DNA of 64,000 nucleotides, taken from Anthoceros angustus. Taxonomy: Eukaryota > Plantae > Anthocerotophyta. Position numbers and translations under genes: made by a program. Under the pieces are notes generated by a model. The model searched no databases. It was not told the origin of the DNA and saw only the letters and a program-made list of their open reading frames with translations. Below, one piece after another: positions 1 through 13,250 of the stretch. Within the stretch, counting starts at the first letter, position 1. The number at the start of each line of letters is the position of its first letter. The stretch covers positions 2,170,001 through 2,234,000 of the forward strand of contig MU008155.1 in the NCBI GenBank assembly GCA_010909165.1, in the 5' to 3' direction.

Positions 1-1849
1 AGCGTATTAATGAGACCTTGTTTTTTGTTGTGCCTTGGAAGCTGTGGTGATGCTTGTTCTCGCACATGGCAGATCCTTTTCTTGTCCGGTGTCACACTCA
101 CGATTGGTCCAAGGTCGACCATATCTTTCTTCCTCAAACCCCGCAATTACAAGGTAGGCTATTTTAGGGAATGCTACTCCTGAGATCCCAACACCGTGAT
201 GCCAATGCATTTAGATATTCGTCCACTGCAACTGCTACTCGCACTCTCTCCTGAATGTCTTGGTGCTGTTATGGCAGGGTTCGATATCTTTCCTTGTCGG
301 ATTTGGTTTGGTGTTGATTGGATGGGCCATACTGGGGATGATAGTTGAGGCATATGGCTTCATCGTTCTTTTCAGGTAAGGCCACAAGAAAATCATGAAG
401 TAAGTCCGGACTGGTCATGAAAAATTATGGGCTCTCATTTGCTCTTGTCTGGTGGGGTTGCAGCGGATTCTGGCCTACAGTAGCAGTGTTTTTGCAGAGA
501 GTTCCAGTCCTTGGTTGGATCCTCCAACAACCTTTTCTGGTCTCGGTACGGAATTATGTACCATTATTTTCCTAGTGAGGAACTTGGAACTTCCCAAAGG
601 TTCAACTTCTGGTGCCTATCGGTTCAGATTTTCTGATTTAATCTATGCACCCTGTTATCTGGCAGATATTTGGCCGGTATCGAGAACGAAGGGTTCCAGT
701 TTGACGCACCAGTCCAGTATGTAGATAGAGCTGGCTCTTTCAATTGCATACAATCCCCTGGTTTCCTCCAAAATGAAAGTTTTGGAAATCTGGTGATTTT
801 GGTATGCTCCGTTCTACTGTGAATACCATGTGAAAACTGTGCCCGTATTGCAGTCGGCACCACCTCTGAATCCAGCTGCTGGTTGAGTACATAGTATTTT
901 CTGTTCCTAGAATAGCCAATAGGCAGTTTTTGCTGTGTCGATAATCACGGTCCTGGATCTTGCTTTGGTCGTCTTCACGCCCTTCTTAGAACATAGCTTC
1001 AAATTGGAAGCTTCCAAACATATTTGCATACATCGAGTTTCCCCTGCAAACCTTGCAGCAGGTATGGTCCCTACTTCTCTGAAGTTTTGTTTGCAGCTTA
1101 TTTACTGCTGGTATAGCAACCTGAACTAGGTTGATATCTAGTTGCACGTCATAGCCCCTTGTGTGCTGGAGAACATGGGCACAAGGAAAAGCGAGAAGGT
1201 TGTCTAGTGCAAAATTGATATGACAGTGTGGTCCTACCTCACCATGGATACCCAAGTAATTGTATCTGTGGACTCAGCTGTCGAACATCTGGTTATGGTT
1301 TTGAGATCTGTTCCAACTGCTGAAGTCGTCGGGGTGGTTCTTCTAACTAGGATGGTTGCTGTGGGGTTGGGGTGCCATCAGGATACGTCACGTTTGGCAT
1401 CAAGGCGTTTCGAATTTTAGCAGATGGGCAGTGGTCTAGATATGAAGTTTTGCGTAACCCAGTCCAATTTCTATGTTGCTAAGCTTCTCCTTTTTTTCGT
1501 CAATCGTGATCCTTTCCTGCTCCCTTCAGCTGCTTCATGTGTGGCCTTTCGTGGCCGCCACTCACTGTTTAACATTTCGAAACCCGCACCCAGTGACCCT
1601 CTACTTAGAACCGGCCCCGCTTGCAGGAAACGTCACTATGTGACCTATGTCAATTTACTGAACAGACATGTTTGCTTGAGAAATCGAAGCTTTGAGTGTG
1701 TTTCATCCTTGGCGGTAAACGCTGGCCATGAAATCCCTGTTCCGGCCCGCCTACATAAGCCGTGGCAGCCTTACGACCATCACGGGATCATCACACAGGA
1801 CGACACTGGTAACTGTTCCTGCTTGTCCTGCCACTTCCATCCCTTTTTT

Positions 1850-2992
1850 TTATCGGGTGAAGGTGTACATAAAGACGTGGTCACGTGGAATGTCATGACA
1901 CTAGGGTATTCCCAGCATCTTAATAGTGCTATACATGAACAAATTAGAGAACAAGGACTTGACGCTGACATGTGTGTAGCCAACAGTTTGGTGTACATGT
2001 ATGCAAAGTGTGGAAGTTTGGACGGTGCTCGACAACTCTTCGACACTTGTGCAAAAGATGTGGTGACGTGGACTGCTTTGATAGCATGTTTTTCCCAGCA
2101 GAGAATGGGTCAGTAAGCCCTTCTAGGATCCATGGATCTCCAATCGGGAAACCAGACATCGTTTGAGAGCTATGTCCAGCTTTGTAGAAGAGAAAACAGC
2201 TTCATGCTCAGATTGGAGAATGTGGCTGCCGTAATGTTTGTGCCTCCCCTGCAGGCATGTGCAAGTGGGGTACCCTGGCTCCAGAGAAGGGGAAACAACT
2301 CCATGCAGAGATGTGAGAACAGGGCCTTAAGGTGAATCATGTTGTTGGTTGCAGCCTGGTAAACATGTACGCAAAGTGTGGCAGCCTAGAGGATGCTCAG
2401 GGCGTTCTTGGTGGACTTTCTAGTAAAATATAGCTTCATGCATTTACAGCAGTATGGAAGAAGAAGCCATCACCGCAACGGATTCTGTGACATTTGTGTG
2501 CCAACTGCAGTCTGCTGAGCATTTGCGCAAAGTGGGGCGGCCTAGAGGATGCCCAGAGTGTGTTTCACTTGTTTCACAAAATAAGAGAGGATGGCATACA
2601 GCCAGCGGGCATCACATTCCTCAGCGTACTGACAGCATGCAGTCATGCAGGTGGAGTGAACAGGGGAAGAAAATACTTTGAGCAGACGCTGCAGCATTAC
2701 TCCCTCTGTAGACATGTAAGGACAATGCCAGTGGTGGCTGACACTGCAGAGTGGCACTCTCTGTTGGGTGCTTGTACAGAATGGACCAACGTGGATGTTG
2801 GATGCAGATGCGATGAAGCTAGACGGGATAGATGCCGCTGCATATGTGCTGATGTCAAACACATACGCAGGTGCCCAGATGTGGGAGCTCGCACGGAAGA
2901 TGCAGGCTAAGAGAAAAGAAACTGGGGCCTGGAAGCAGCCAGGCCAGAGCTGGTGGGCAGACATGGAGGGAATGGTGCATAGTCAAAAGTAG
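1850..2992 (+). pseudogene. Degenerate PLS-class PPR gene with E domain remnant
   Basis: Fragments in shifting frames: KDVVTWNVM, VANSLVYMYAKCGSLDGARQLFD, WHSLLGAC, AAAYVLMSNTYAGAQMW, KQPGQSWW. Multiple stops, frameshifts and deletions. Resembles the intact PPR at 23986-26883. Confidence 0.9.
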
Positions 2993-3104
2993 GGGATGAC
3001 AGGCATCCTGAGAGTGAATGTATATATGCAAGGCTGAAGCAGCTTCTTGTGGTAAGGAATCGGAAGGTATAAACCTTGGTATATTGAACGCAGGGCGCAT
3101 GAGG

Positions 3105-3335
3105 GCCCTGCGTCGTCAAGGGCTACAGTACGAGGTTGCAGAACGAGAGCCAGACAGCGAAGAAAACGATTGAACACATCGGCTTCCAAAACCCTATCCC
3201 GCTCCCTAACGTAAGCAGGAAGATATTGGTGAAGGTCATTGAATATTGCAGGTATCATGCGGAGGCAGCGAAGTCGTCTAAGCTTAAGCTGGCGGCTGCC
3301 GAGGATGAAATCAAGGCCTGGGACCAAGACTCCTC
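3105..3335 (+). pseudogene. SKP1/ASK-like N-terminal (POZ) fragment
   Basis: YEV../ESQTAKKTIEH..PIPLPNVSRKILVKVIEYCRYHAEAA...DEIKAWDQD matches the SKP1 pattern ESQTI..MIED..IPLPNV.SKIL.KVIEYC..H...D.LKAWD. Frameshifted near its start; the C-terminal F-box-binding half is absent. Confidence 0.8.
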
Positions 3336-3404
3336 GTCGACATCGGCACCAGGGCTCATCGGGGAACACTTCCCGCTGATCTTGTTGTCTTTGTGTGTGT
3401 TCTC

Positions 3405-3655
3405 CTCCACTCTTCCTCTACTCTCGAGTCTCCCATGCAAGGGCACAAGCCCTAGGCTAGGGATTCTCTCTCGCTCCTCCACTCTTCCTCTACTCCCGAG
3501 TCGCCCATGGCAGGGCACAATCCCCAGGGATTGTCGCTCGCTCCTCCACTCTTTCTCCACTATCGAGCCACCCATGGCAGGGCACAAGCTCCAGGGACTC
3601 AATGTCCTCCACACCTCCTCTACTCTCGAGTCTCCCGTGGCAGGCTCCACTCTGG
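3405..3655. repeat. Degenerate tandem repeat, about 4 units of ~65-70 bp
   Basis: Recurring ctccactcttcctctactc[t/c]cgagtc[t/g]cccatg..agggcacaa unit directly after the SKP1 fragment. Confidence 0.8.
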
Positions 3656-4088
3656 CTTTCAGTCACATACTTCACAAGGCTCTCAATCTGTGATCTCTGG
3701 CTGAATGCCCTACCAAATAGGCATTTGCAATGCTTCATGGCTTCCAGTACTTCAAGACTCAGTGCTTCACGCCTCACACAGGACTCTAACCAGGCGTACT
3801 GACGAGGCCTGTCATCTGCCACTTAAGTGAACTTGTGCTGTGGGTTCAGTGGGATGTGCACACACTTCTCCTCTCACAGGGCATATCGGTGAGTCCTGTT
3901 GTCTGGCACTTAAAAGTGAACATGTGCTGTGTAAACATTCCTCTCACAAGGCGCCTGTCAAGGAGGGCACATCGGAGGGCACATCTGAGGGCTGCCAGTT
4001 TGGCAGGAATGACAGTCCAGGGCACGCCGCACAGTACATCTGTTCGGCAACAGAGGCCATAATGCCATATAGGGTGCCGGCTCTACAC

Positions 4089-4181
4089 CAGTGCCAGATG
4101 ACACAAGCCACACAGTGTACCCTCTGTTCAGTGCCAGGGATGACACAAGCCACACAGTGTACCCTCTGTTCAGTGCCAGGG
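4089..4181. repeat. 42-bp tandem duplication
   Basis: gatgacacaagccacacagtgtaccctctgttcagtgccag at 4097 and 4139. Confidence 0.9.
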
Positions 4182-4815
4182 CTTCCAGGATTTTTTAGTG
4201 CCACTCTGCGACACATGGTATCAGGACTTTCCTTTCAAGCATCCTTGGCTAACACTCTTCGCTTTGTGGCACTCGAGGCCGGGCAGTGTAAACAACACAC
4301 AACCTACCCAAGTACATATCCAACAGAGAATGTACATGACATCCGTGAAACCTGTTTGATTCACCGCTAGGTGGGGAATCCTTCCAGCAAACTGTGTATG
4401 TACATATGAGCAAAAGGCGTGCAACCCATCCTTGTATGTTTTTAGTGAATTCGGAGACTTATAATTTTTCAAAGTAAACATCTAACATAGCCAAAGGTGA
4501 TGGTGAATGCCTTTGATGGACTCTACGCCATACATATGTATATCGTACATGCACCAAACTCATGTTAGGCATATGTACATACAGTACGTAGGTACATATG
4601 CCTCTGCTTGCTGGCTTTTTCGGCAGTGTGGCTGCATCGCTGAGTCCAAGGGCTGCCGTTAGGAGCGATAAGTGGATTTAACTGCAAGTAATTAGTGTAT
4701 CAGCGATGAAGCGAAGGAGTGATGAGTCCACTCGCTTGCATCATTACTGCCGGCGGTGGTGGCGGTGGCCAGCAAGACAGTACTTACGCTCACAGAGCTG
4801 AAGTGCGGGCAGCAG

Positions 4816-5885
4816 ATGGGATCTTGGTTTGGAGGTTCTTGGACACAGGGAATGGCGCCACCAACGTTTTCGGCAGGCGGCTTCCGGAGCGGCGCCTCCA
4901 CATCCCAGCCCGATGACGCTGTGCTCCCCAAGATGACAATCACGTTGCTGCGCAATCGCCTCACCAAGCGGGTGCTCTACATGGAGGCGGGCAAGGACTT
5001 CGTGGACCTGCTCTTCAGCTTTCTGGTGGTCCCGACCGGCACCATTCTGAACCGAGTAGCGACGGAGTCCCCCGCCGGAGCGCACACCAAAATCGGGGCC
5101 ATCGTCAACATCCTGGAGAGCGCACGCAAATTGGACGGGGCCATCCTGTACGTGGACAAGAAGGAACTGGTGAGCCCTAGGCTTGCGGCGGAAGCCAGGC
5201 ATCACCTGTCCAGCATCTTGTTTCTTCGCCAGTCGCTGGACTCGGGATCCGGATCCGGAGCCTCCACTTCCAGCCAGCTGCAAAACTCCGAAGTCTTCTA
5301 CGTGTGCTCAAACTTCCAAGGTCTCAACTGCAAAGACTGGCGAGTGAAGAAGTCGGGACGCACCTGCCCTGCCTGCGGCACCGCCATGGCCAACACGGTG
5401 ACCCTGGTGGAAGTGTTCCAACCGTCCCGACCCGGCCTCGGCGCAGCCGGCTCCGGCTCCGGCTCCGTCTCCGGCTCTGGATCGAGCGCATGCGCCGCCA
5501 ACGTGAAGGCCCCGAGCACCAAGCCCGGCTTCGTGAAGAAGAACGTCACCTTCATCGTCACAGACGACTTGGAGATCTTCACCGCCTCCACCATCCGCAG
5601 CATCAACCTGCTCAACAGCCTCAGCGTCGGCAACATGACCGACCTGGAGAGCTGCGAAGCTCAAGTCGGCCCCAAAGAGGTGCGCAATGCCGGCATTCGC
5701 TAGTGCCGCTCCAAACAGTTGATGCGTCCTTAGATTCCACCCTGCTGCCAAAAGGCCTGCTCACAATTCCCGAAGCTGTGCTGTTCCCGGGTGCTGTGCA
5801 GGCAATGAAGCTGCTCGAAGTGTCCTTCACTTCGCGAAACGCCTTGAACGATGTCTTCGGTCCTAACATCATTTACTCCAACTGA
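4816..5885 (+). CDS. DUF674 family protein, 2 exons (intron 5680-5801)
   Basis: KRVLYMEAGKDFVDLLFSFLVVPTGTI, a Cys cluster (YVC...CPACG), GFVKKNVTFIVTDDLEI, and after a GT..AG intron AMKLLEVSFTSRNALNDVF, all typical of plant DUF674. ATG at 4816 is the first in-frame ATG. Confidence 0.85.
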
Positions 5886-6915
5886 CTTCCCAGCCAATGT
5901 TTTGCGCTCCGATTCCCATTACAAAGGATGGGCTGTAAGTTGTAACCCTATCAAGAAGAAACTAGGTTTCACCGTTTCACGGTTTCACGGTTTCACGATA
6001 TGAAAGACCGACCTTACTCACTAAACTTCACTTAACTCACTTTTTATTACCTACTGAGGATTTGAGTTGCAGGCAAGCACATTAACCTCATATAGCTGTA
6101 TATAGATACACGACGCGAGGATTCGATCCCTGATCCAGAGCCCGGGATGGCACTCCGTTTGTGTGTGGCTGTTGCATGACCTTGTTGGGCGCCGACAGGG
6201 GGTGCATTGCATGGCCGCGCGGGGCGTGTGGGCGCGTGTGTCCCCAACCGGTTGACAATTTTTAGGATGGTTGTACGGAATGAAAGTACGAGAGCGTGAG
6301 GAGGCGCCTGGGTCGGGCCGTGGAGTGCACACTCGGGGTCGTGGTGGAACTCCCACGACACGTTCCCGACTCACTCGGGGTAAAACTGGCACGGCGGCTG
6401 CAGCTGCAAGTCGAGGCCCCGATTTACCCTGGGGTAAATCGGGCCGGCATGTGCGTCACCCGTGTCGGCCATTTTGGCAAGCGGCGAGCCCGTTCATAAG
6501 CTGCGCCGCGCTGCACAGCATGGGCCACCTGCTTCCTCACAGAGTACTTGCAGTGCTGTGCTTCTCGCGCTTGTTGGCCGAGGTTGTCGTTCTCTTGGGG
6601 TCATCGTTTCCCTGTGTGCGGGCTCGGCGGCATTGCGTTTTCTTGGTTGGTTTTGGTGCGTCCACGTTCGGAGTCCACAAGTGCTGGAACGGGGCCGTCG
6701 TGCTGGTTGAGCAACCGGGTTTCCGAGGAATCCAGGGCTGGGTGCGAGCTCACACGGAGTGGCTGGCGCAGGCAGAAGGAGGAAGCAGGGAGGATTCGAT
6801 GGCGGGAATGGAAATGTGATTTGCTTCACACTGAAGGCCGGTGTGATTGTGTGGCTCTAGAGCTCGAGGCGTCTTGGTTTTCCGAGGACAGGGTTGAGAA
6901 GATTAAGTTATTGCA

Positions 6916-9900
6916 ATGGCGGGCGGCAATGTGGCGGCGTTCTTTCTCAAGGTGGCTATGGCGGGAGTGTTCGGCTTCTGGATCCTCATCATGATGCTGC
7001 GCTCCACCCGGCCCTGGACCGACTTCAACAACAAGGTCACCACCCGCCTCGCCACCAGCGTGTATGGCACTTCCGGTGAGCCGATACGCCTGGCCAGAAA
7101 CCAAAATCGCTTTGCTGCATTGCATCGAATTCCATTCCCGTTCTCTTGCGACCTCCGCCGCGGCTCGGCGCGCGAAGAACGTGAATCCGGCTCAGGAATG
7201 ACCTTTTTTAGCAACAGTGAATTGATGCGTGCTCACCTGACCTCTGCTGCTGGTTGTGCGTGTCCAGCGTCGTGGCTGCTACTGTTTGCCGGGCCGGTGT
7301 TCGTCTTCATGCTGCTCTGCGCCCTGGTCCTGCAGCTCAAGCCCGACAAGGTCCCCAAGCCACTGTAAGCACCACCGTTACCTGATGTCTGACGTTTACA
7401 AAAGATTGCAAGGCGATGACGATGGGGATGGCGGTGGCGATTTTTTGACACATCGGGTACCCTGGGACCGCAGGAGAAAGCGTACGAGGCCTCGGGTGGG
7501 AGTGTGGAACTACCCTGTCTTCACCCGCGGCCCACTAGGGATCGTGTCGCTGGGGGAGCTCTTGGGGCTGCTGCTTTTTCTGGCATTCCTGGGCTTCGTC
7601 TTCGGCAGCTACATTGAGGTGGGATGGAGCAGGATCACCGCCAAGCAGCTCAAGACCATGGACGTGTAAGCTTCGAATTCGCACAGTCCTGTTGCTTCAA
7701 ATTCAGCTTGCATTTTGCGCAAGCTTTTAAATTGAACCATGCTTGCGAATGGTGATTGATTCAGGTGGCAAGCGAGGATGAGCTCGGCTGGCACCCGGTT
7801 GGGCCTGCTGGGCTACGTGGCCATGGCATTCCTCTTCTTCCCCGTGTCAAGAGGCTCTGTGCTGCTGCGCTTCATCAACGTGCCGTTCGAGCGCGCAGTC
7901 AAGTACCACATATGGGTTGCCGTCATTTTGATGGCCATCTTGACCACGCACGGGATCTCCTTCATCGTTCTCTGGCGCAGTCAGCACAAGCTGAGGGAAG
8001 AAATTACAATGTGGAACAGGACCGGGGTGAACAATCTGGCTGGCGTGATTGCGTTCCTGTCTGGGGTTCTGATCGTCGTCACAGCCATCCCGCCGTTGCG
8101 CGCTCGCTTCTTCGAGGCCTTCTACTACACGCACCATCTCTACATCGTGTTCCTGGCCTTCTCCATGATGCACACCGGGGAGAAGCACTTCGCCGTGGTC
8201 ATGGCCGGCGTCTTCCTCTTGGCCCTCGACCGCTTGCTCCGCTTCATGCAGTCCAGGCGATCCGTCGACTTGCTTGCTGTACGCAACCTGCCGGGAGGCA
8301 CCATGGAGCTAACCTTCGCCAAGCATCCAGGTTGGATTCCCTCCTTTTTCAGGGCATTGAGCATTGTTGCACGTCATTTCCTTCAGACAGCGGACTTGTG
8401 TTTTACACCTATATCGTGGTGGATCCGGAACATGTCCAGGAATCCAGTACAGTGCAGCCAGCTTCATCTTCCTGCAGCTGCCCCGGCTGGCTCGCTTCCA
8501 GTGGCACCCTTTCACTCTGGCCTCCAGCTCGCTTGCCGAGCCCGACCGCATTTCCATTCTGGTGAAGCGGCAGGGAGCATGGACTCGCGATTTGGAGAAG
8601 ATGGTGGATGACGTGGTTGCCAGAACCGGTTCCGGTGAGGACAAGACGCTCAGCTGCCCGTTCGGGTTCAAAGCCTCCATTGAAGGCCCATACGGCCATC
8701 AGTCCAGCTACTTCCTCAAGTAAGTGTATCCATGGATCCATCCTCTCGCTCCGGGAACCTTGTAGATGCCTTCGAATTATGCGCCCTCAACAGGTCAAAG
8801 TCTGAATGAATGCTGTGATGTGGCAGGTACGATGCAATCGTGTTCGTGGCCGGGGAGTGGGATTCCCTTTCATCTCCATCCTCAAGGACCTTTTGTACCG
8901 CTACCAGAACCAGCAACCAGACCTCCCCACAGACGTGACGCTCATCTGGGCAGTGCGCAAATCCGACGAGCTCCATGTGCTGGACACGATGGCGGTCCCG
9001 GCAAACACAGAGAAAACCAGGCTCAACCTGCATCATCGCCTACGTGACGTTCGAGCGCGCAGTCAAGTACCACATATGGGTTGCCGTCATTTTGATGGCC
9101 ATCTTGACCACGCACGGGATCTCCTTCATCGTTCTCTGGCGCAGTCAGCACAAGCTGAGGGAAGAAATTACAATGTGGAACAGGACCGGGGTGAACAATC
9201 TGGCTGGCGTGATTGCGTTCCTGTCTGGGGTTCTGATCGTCGTCACAGCCATCCCGCCGTTGCGCGCTCGCTTCTTCGAGGCCTTCTACTACACGCACCA
9301 TCTCTACATCGTGTTCCTGGCCTTCTCCATGATGCACACCGGGAGAAGCACTTCGCCGTGGTCATGGCCGGCGTCTTCCTCTTGGCCTCGACCGCTTGCT
9401 CCGCTTCATGCAGTCCAGGCGATCCGTCGACTTGCTTGCTGTACGCAACCTGCCGGGGAGGCACCATGGAGCTAACCTTCGCCAAGCATCCAGGTTGGAT
9501 TCCCTCCTTTTCAGGGCATTGAGCATTGTTGCACGTCATTTCCTTCAGACAGCGGACTTGTGTTTTACACCTATATCGTGGTGGATCCGGAACATGTCCA
9601 GGAATCCAGTACAGTGCAGCCAGCTTCATCTTCCTGCAGCTGCCCCGGCTGGCTCGCTTCCAGTGGCACCCTTTCACTCTGGCCTCCAGCTCGCTTGCCG
9701 AGCCCGACCGCATTTCCATTCTGGTGAAGCGGCAGGGAGCATGGACTCGCGATTTGGAGAAGATGGTGGATGACGTGGTTGCCAGAACCGGTTCCGGTGA
9801 GGACAAGACGCTCAGCTGCCCGTTCGGGTTCAAAGCCTCCATTGAAGGCCCATACGGCCATCAGTCCAGCTACTTCCTCAAGTAAGTGTATCCATGGATC

Positions 9901-11025
9901 CATCCTCTCGCTCCCGGGAACCTTGTAGATGCCTTCGAATTATGCGCCCTCAACAGGTCAAAGTCTGAATGAATGCTGTGATGTGGCAGGTACGATGCAA
10001 TCGTGTTCGTGGCCGGGGGGAGTGGGATTTCCCCTTTCATCTCCATCCTCAAGGACCTTTTGTACCGCTACCAGAACCAGCAACCAGACCTCCCCACAGA
10101 CGTGACGCTCATCTGGGCAGTGCGCAAATCCGACGAGCTCCATGTGCTGGACACGATGGCGGTCCCGGCAAACACAGAGAAAACCGGGCTCAACCTGCAC
10201 ATCATCGCCTACGTGACGAGAGAGGAGACCCCGCATTTGCAGGACATGGAGAGCGTGCCGCTCGAGAGCATGGCGCAGGTCTTCAACTCCACGCCGTCCC
10301 CCGACCCGCTCTACGGCGAGGTGGGGCGTGACAGCAACTGGGCTGCGGTGGCAGTCATGGCGGCATCCGTGATCGGCTTCCTCTTCGTCTGGGGCTTCAT
10401 CGGCCATTACTACATCAACCACGGCGGGAACCTGAAAGGCTACCCATCCTGGGCCAAGGGGCTCTTCAGCCTGTTGAGCATGTTGCTGGGAATCACAGTC
10501 TTCGGCGGTGCCACCTCCTTGCTGTGGAGCAGCTGGGTGTACTCCGCGGGGCACCGGGCTGTGGCTGCATCCAAGTCGCAGATCGTGAAGGATGCGATCG
10601 GGTACTACCCTGCCACTGACATGCAATCGGTGCGCTCCCCTTCTCCGGAGCTGGAAGAGCGACTGCTCAAGCGCCACAACATCCACTACGGGTGCAGGCC
10701 AAACCTCAAAGGTACGGGACTCATTCGGGATTCATTCGTTGTCTGATTTCCGCTCTTGGCTGTGCCACTTTCCTTCATCAGGCACAAACTGTGCATCCCT
10801 CTAAGACTTTCAGCCCTTGAGGTGACGTATAACGTGTGCTACATGTTTGTCACAACAGAGATTTTCAGCGATTCCGCAAAGCGACTTGCTGGTTCCAATG
10901 TGGGAGTGATGGTTTGCGGGCCCCAGGGGATGCAGCAAAGTGTGGCCTATCAGTGCCAAGCCAACAGCTCCTTGTTCGGAGGTCCCGTGGCCTTCCATTT
11001 CCACTCCGTCAGCTTCGAACTGTGA
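6916..11025 (+). CDS. FRO: Ferric-chelate reductase / ferric reductase oxidase (FRO6/7/8-like), multi-exon; as assembled, disrupted by an internal duplication
   Basis: Heme-binding TM segments (KYHIW, FYYTHHLY), FAD motif QWHPFT, SIEGPYG, NADPH motif FVAGGSGISPF, VMVCGP, C-terminus FHFHSVSFEL. Short GT-AG introns between these blocks. Confidence 0.92.
7886..10218 (+). repeat. Head-to-tail duplication inside FRO (7886-9049 and 9050-10218)
   Basis: At 9050 the sequence jumps from cgcctacgtgacg back to ttcgagcgcgcagtcaag (first seen at 7886). The copies differ mostly by 1-2 bp homopolymer indels. Confidence 0.95.
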
Positions 11026-11149
11026 CTGCCTCTGCATTCCATGGCCCGACCCCCAAAAAATTCAACAGGCTTCCTTCTGGTGCCGTATGTGATTAAGTAG
11101 TAGTAGCATCCTTGTGCTGGGAAAGGGTACACAGAGTTTTGTATTGATG

Positions 11150-13250
11150 GATCTTACCCACCTAGACTAGACTTAACGAGTATTGACACTTAATACCAGC
11201 GCTCTCTCCCACCAGAGGACCTGGTGTATCCTACTGTACGTACCTCCAAGGGAGTGTTCCATAGAGGCCCCTCCTGTGTCGAAATGGCTTGCCAAACAAA
11301 CCAGAGAATACCACCCCTTTCCTCTACACTTTGAGCAAATTGCCATGCTCTCCTGGACTCTCTTCTTCTTCAAGCACCTGACATCCAGGGCTTTGTCCTG
11401 ATCTCCAAGCACCTCACACTCCTTGTCATGCGGGAGTGAGTGTGACTCTCAAAGCAAAGGGAGCCGAGGACAACCTGGCGGATACTCAAATATACAGAGC
11501 ACTTTTATCGAAAGACTCGTGGGGTGGAATTGGGATATCTCTTTGACGTTAAGACTTGAACACATCCTCCCTACTATGCAATGCAAATCTGCCTGCATGG
11601 CTCCCTTAATACTTTCGAAAGCATGGTTAACACGACTTCTGATCAGGCAAACGCAATGTGGTGCAATCAAACAAATTTCAATCTCATGTTAGCAAGCAAT
11701 ACTAGTGCCCGGTTACACATGAATGAATAAACACCGTATTAGCCAATGTGAAACATGGATTCGATGCGGGGAACAAAGGAGGTACATAGCGTAGGTTCCT
11801 TTACAGTTTGTGAAAAGAAAAAAAATTGTTAATATTAATTTATTTAAATAATTTATTATTATTACTTTTATGACAAAGATTCCGTATTTTGAGGATATAG
11901 AATAGCCAGCTGAGACATTTATGAGGCACCCAAACATCTCAACACTTATCTAGTCTAAGGGTAGCTTTCCTCTTCCCTAATACAAGGCAATGAAGAGGCG
12001 CTTGTATCCTTCCTCCGGTAGACGTCCCTATTGATCAGGCAAACTTGCCTCACTTTGAAGCATTTGGCCAAGGTGGAAACGGCTTGATGGGTTTTCTTTT
12101 GCCTATGACTCCGCCCTCGCCCCATTTGCATCACTTTTAATTATGTGGACAAGGTGAAAGCTCAATGATACCCAATGATACCTAAGCTCTTCCATGTCCA
12201 AGATAACCACAATAGCAAGAGTTGTCTGTGGACAAGGTGGAAGCTTAGGTATCCAAAAGGCAATTCTTGCTATTGTGGTTGTCCTAAGGATTGCTCCGAC
12301 CAATGCCTTTTTTAGAGGGCACTGACTCACATTGCTCCCTTTCAATTTTATGTTATTTATTAATGTTTGTTTTTCGCAAAAATAAATCGTCTACTTCTTC
12401 AGTTAGGGGAAATGGCCCGTTTTGCAGCTCTTAACTCTAAAAGGTTTAACTTACATCCTAAAATTATCACTTAGCTTTTGTCTCTAATTAAAAAGCTTAG
12501 CCTTAGCAAGGACCAATCACTTAGTTTTCTCTCTAGCTAAAAAGCTTAGAAGAAGAAGAAGAATTTTATTTAAGTCCACTAAGGACGGATTTCGTCATGG
12601 GACTTGGTACTTAAGAACTTGTACCTTGGTGTGCCTAAGCTACTTACACCAAGGGCATCCACTCCCTTTAGACACCCCATCTAAGCACCGATCTAAGCTA
12701 GGATGCTTAATCACGCCGTTCTTATAATGTGTCCATTTGGCCTAAGCCATTTAGGCTTTGCTACGTTGGTCCTTGCCGGATAGGGCTTAGAAAAGGTTTT
12801 TCTTCATTCTCTAAGTCATATTTTTACGAGTGATTGAGTGATTGGCGAGCTCGGCACAGGGATAAGGAGAAAGCAGATTTTTAAAAAGCTAAGGGAACAA
12901 GGACGCAAAGCCAAGCGCCTTGCCCTTGGAAGCCTCTTGAGTGTGTACTGAGTTCTCTGAACATGAAGTGGAATCTTCGAGTCCGTTTGATCTGAGAGAT
13001 CTCTATCACAGAATGTCGCACAACCAGAAGATCGACTCGATGCTTTAAAACAGGATGTACGATGTACGGCGTGAGCTGAAGAAAGCGCGACACGAGGTGG
13101 CAACTTTGTCGTGAACCTTGCCGGCGTAAAAGAGCTGTGCAATGAAGTTGCGCTGAAAAGAGAGAGCAATCGGTATCAGCATCCACCACTCACTTCACTG
13201 CAGTCTCCAAGTTCCCAATCCGAGACATAGTTTTCTAGCGTTAACGGTTC
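11150..13250 (-). mobile_element. Possible decayed LTR-retrotransposon remnant
   Basis: Minus-strand CSKCRGKGWYSLVC resembles a gag CX2CX4HX4C knuckle with H replaced by W (~11290-11335). Non-coding stretch with short internal direct repeats at 12465-12550. No RT or integrase motif seen. Confidence 0.3.

Noticed and set aside
1-1400. Possible retrotransposon gag remnant on the minus strand
   Set aside because: Coding-like composition, but no motif I could identify in any frame.
5304-10686. Long alternative-frame and antisense ORFs over DUF674 and FRO (also over the PPR and CCX genes)
   Set aside because: Expected shadows of GC-rich coding sequence; no independent motifs.
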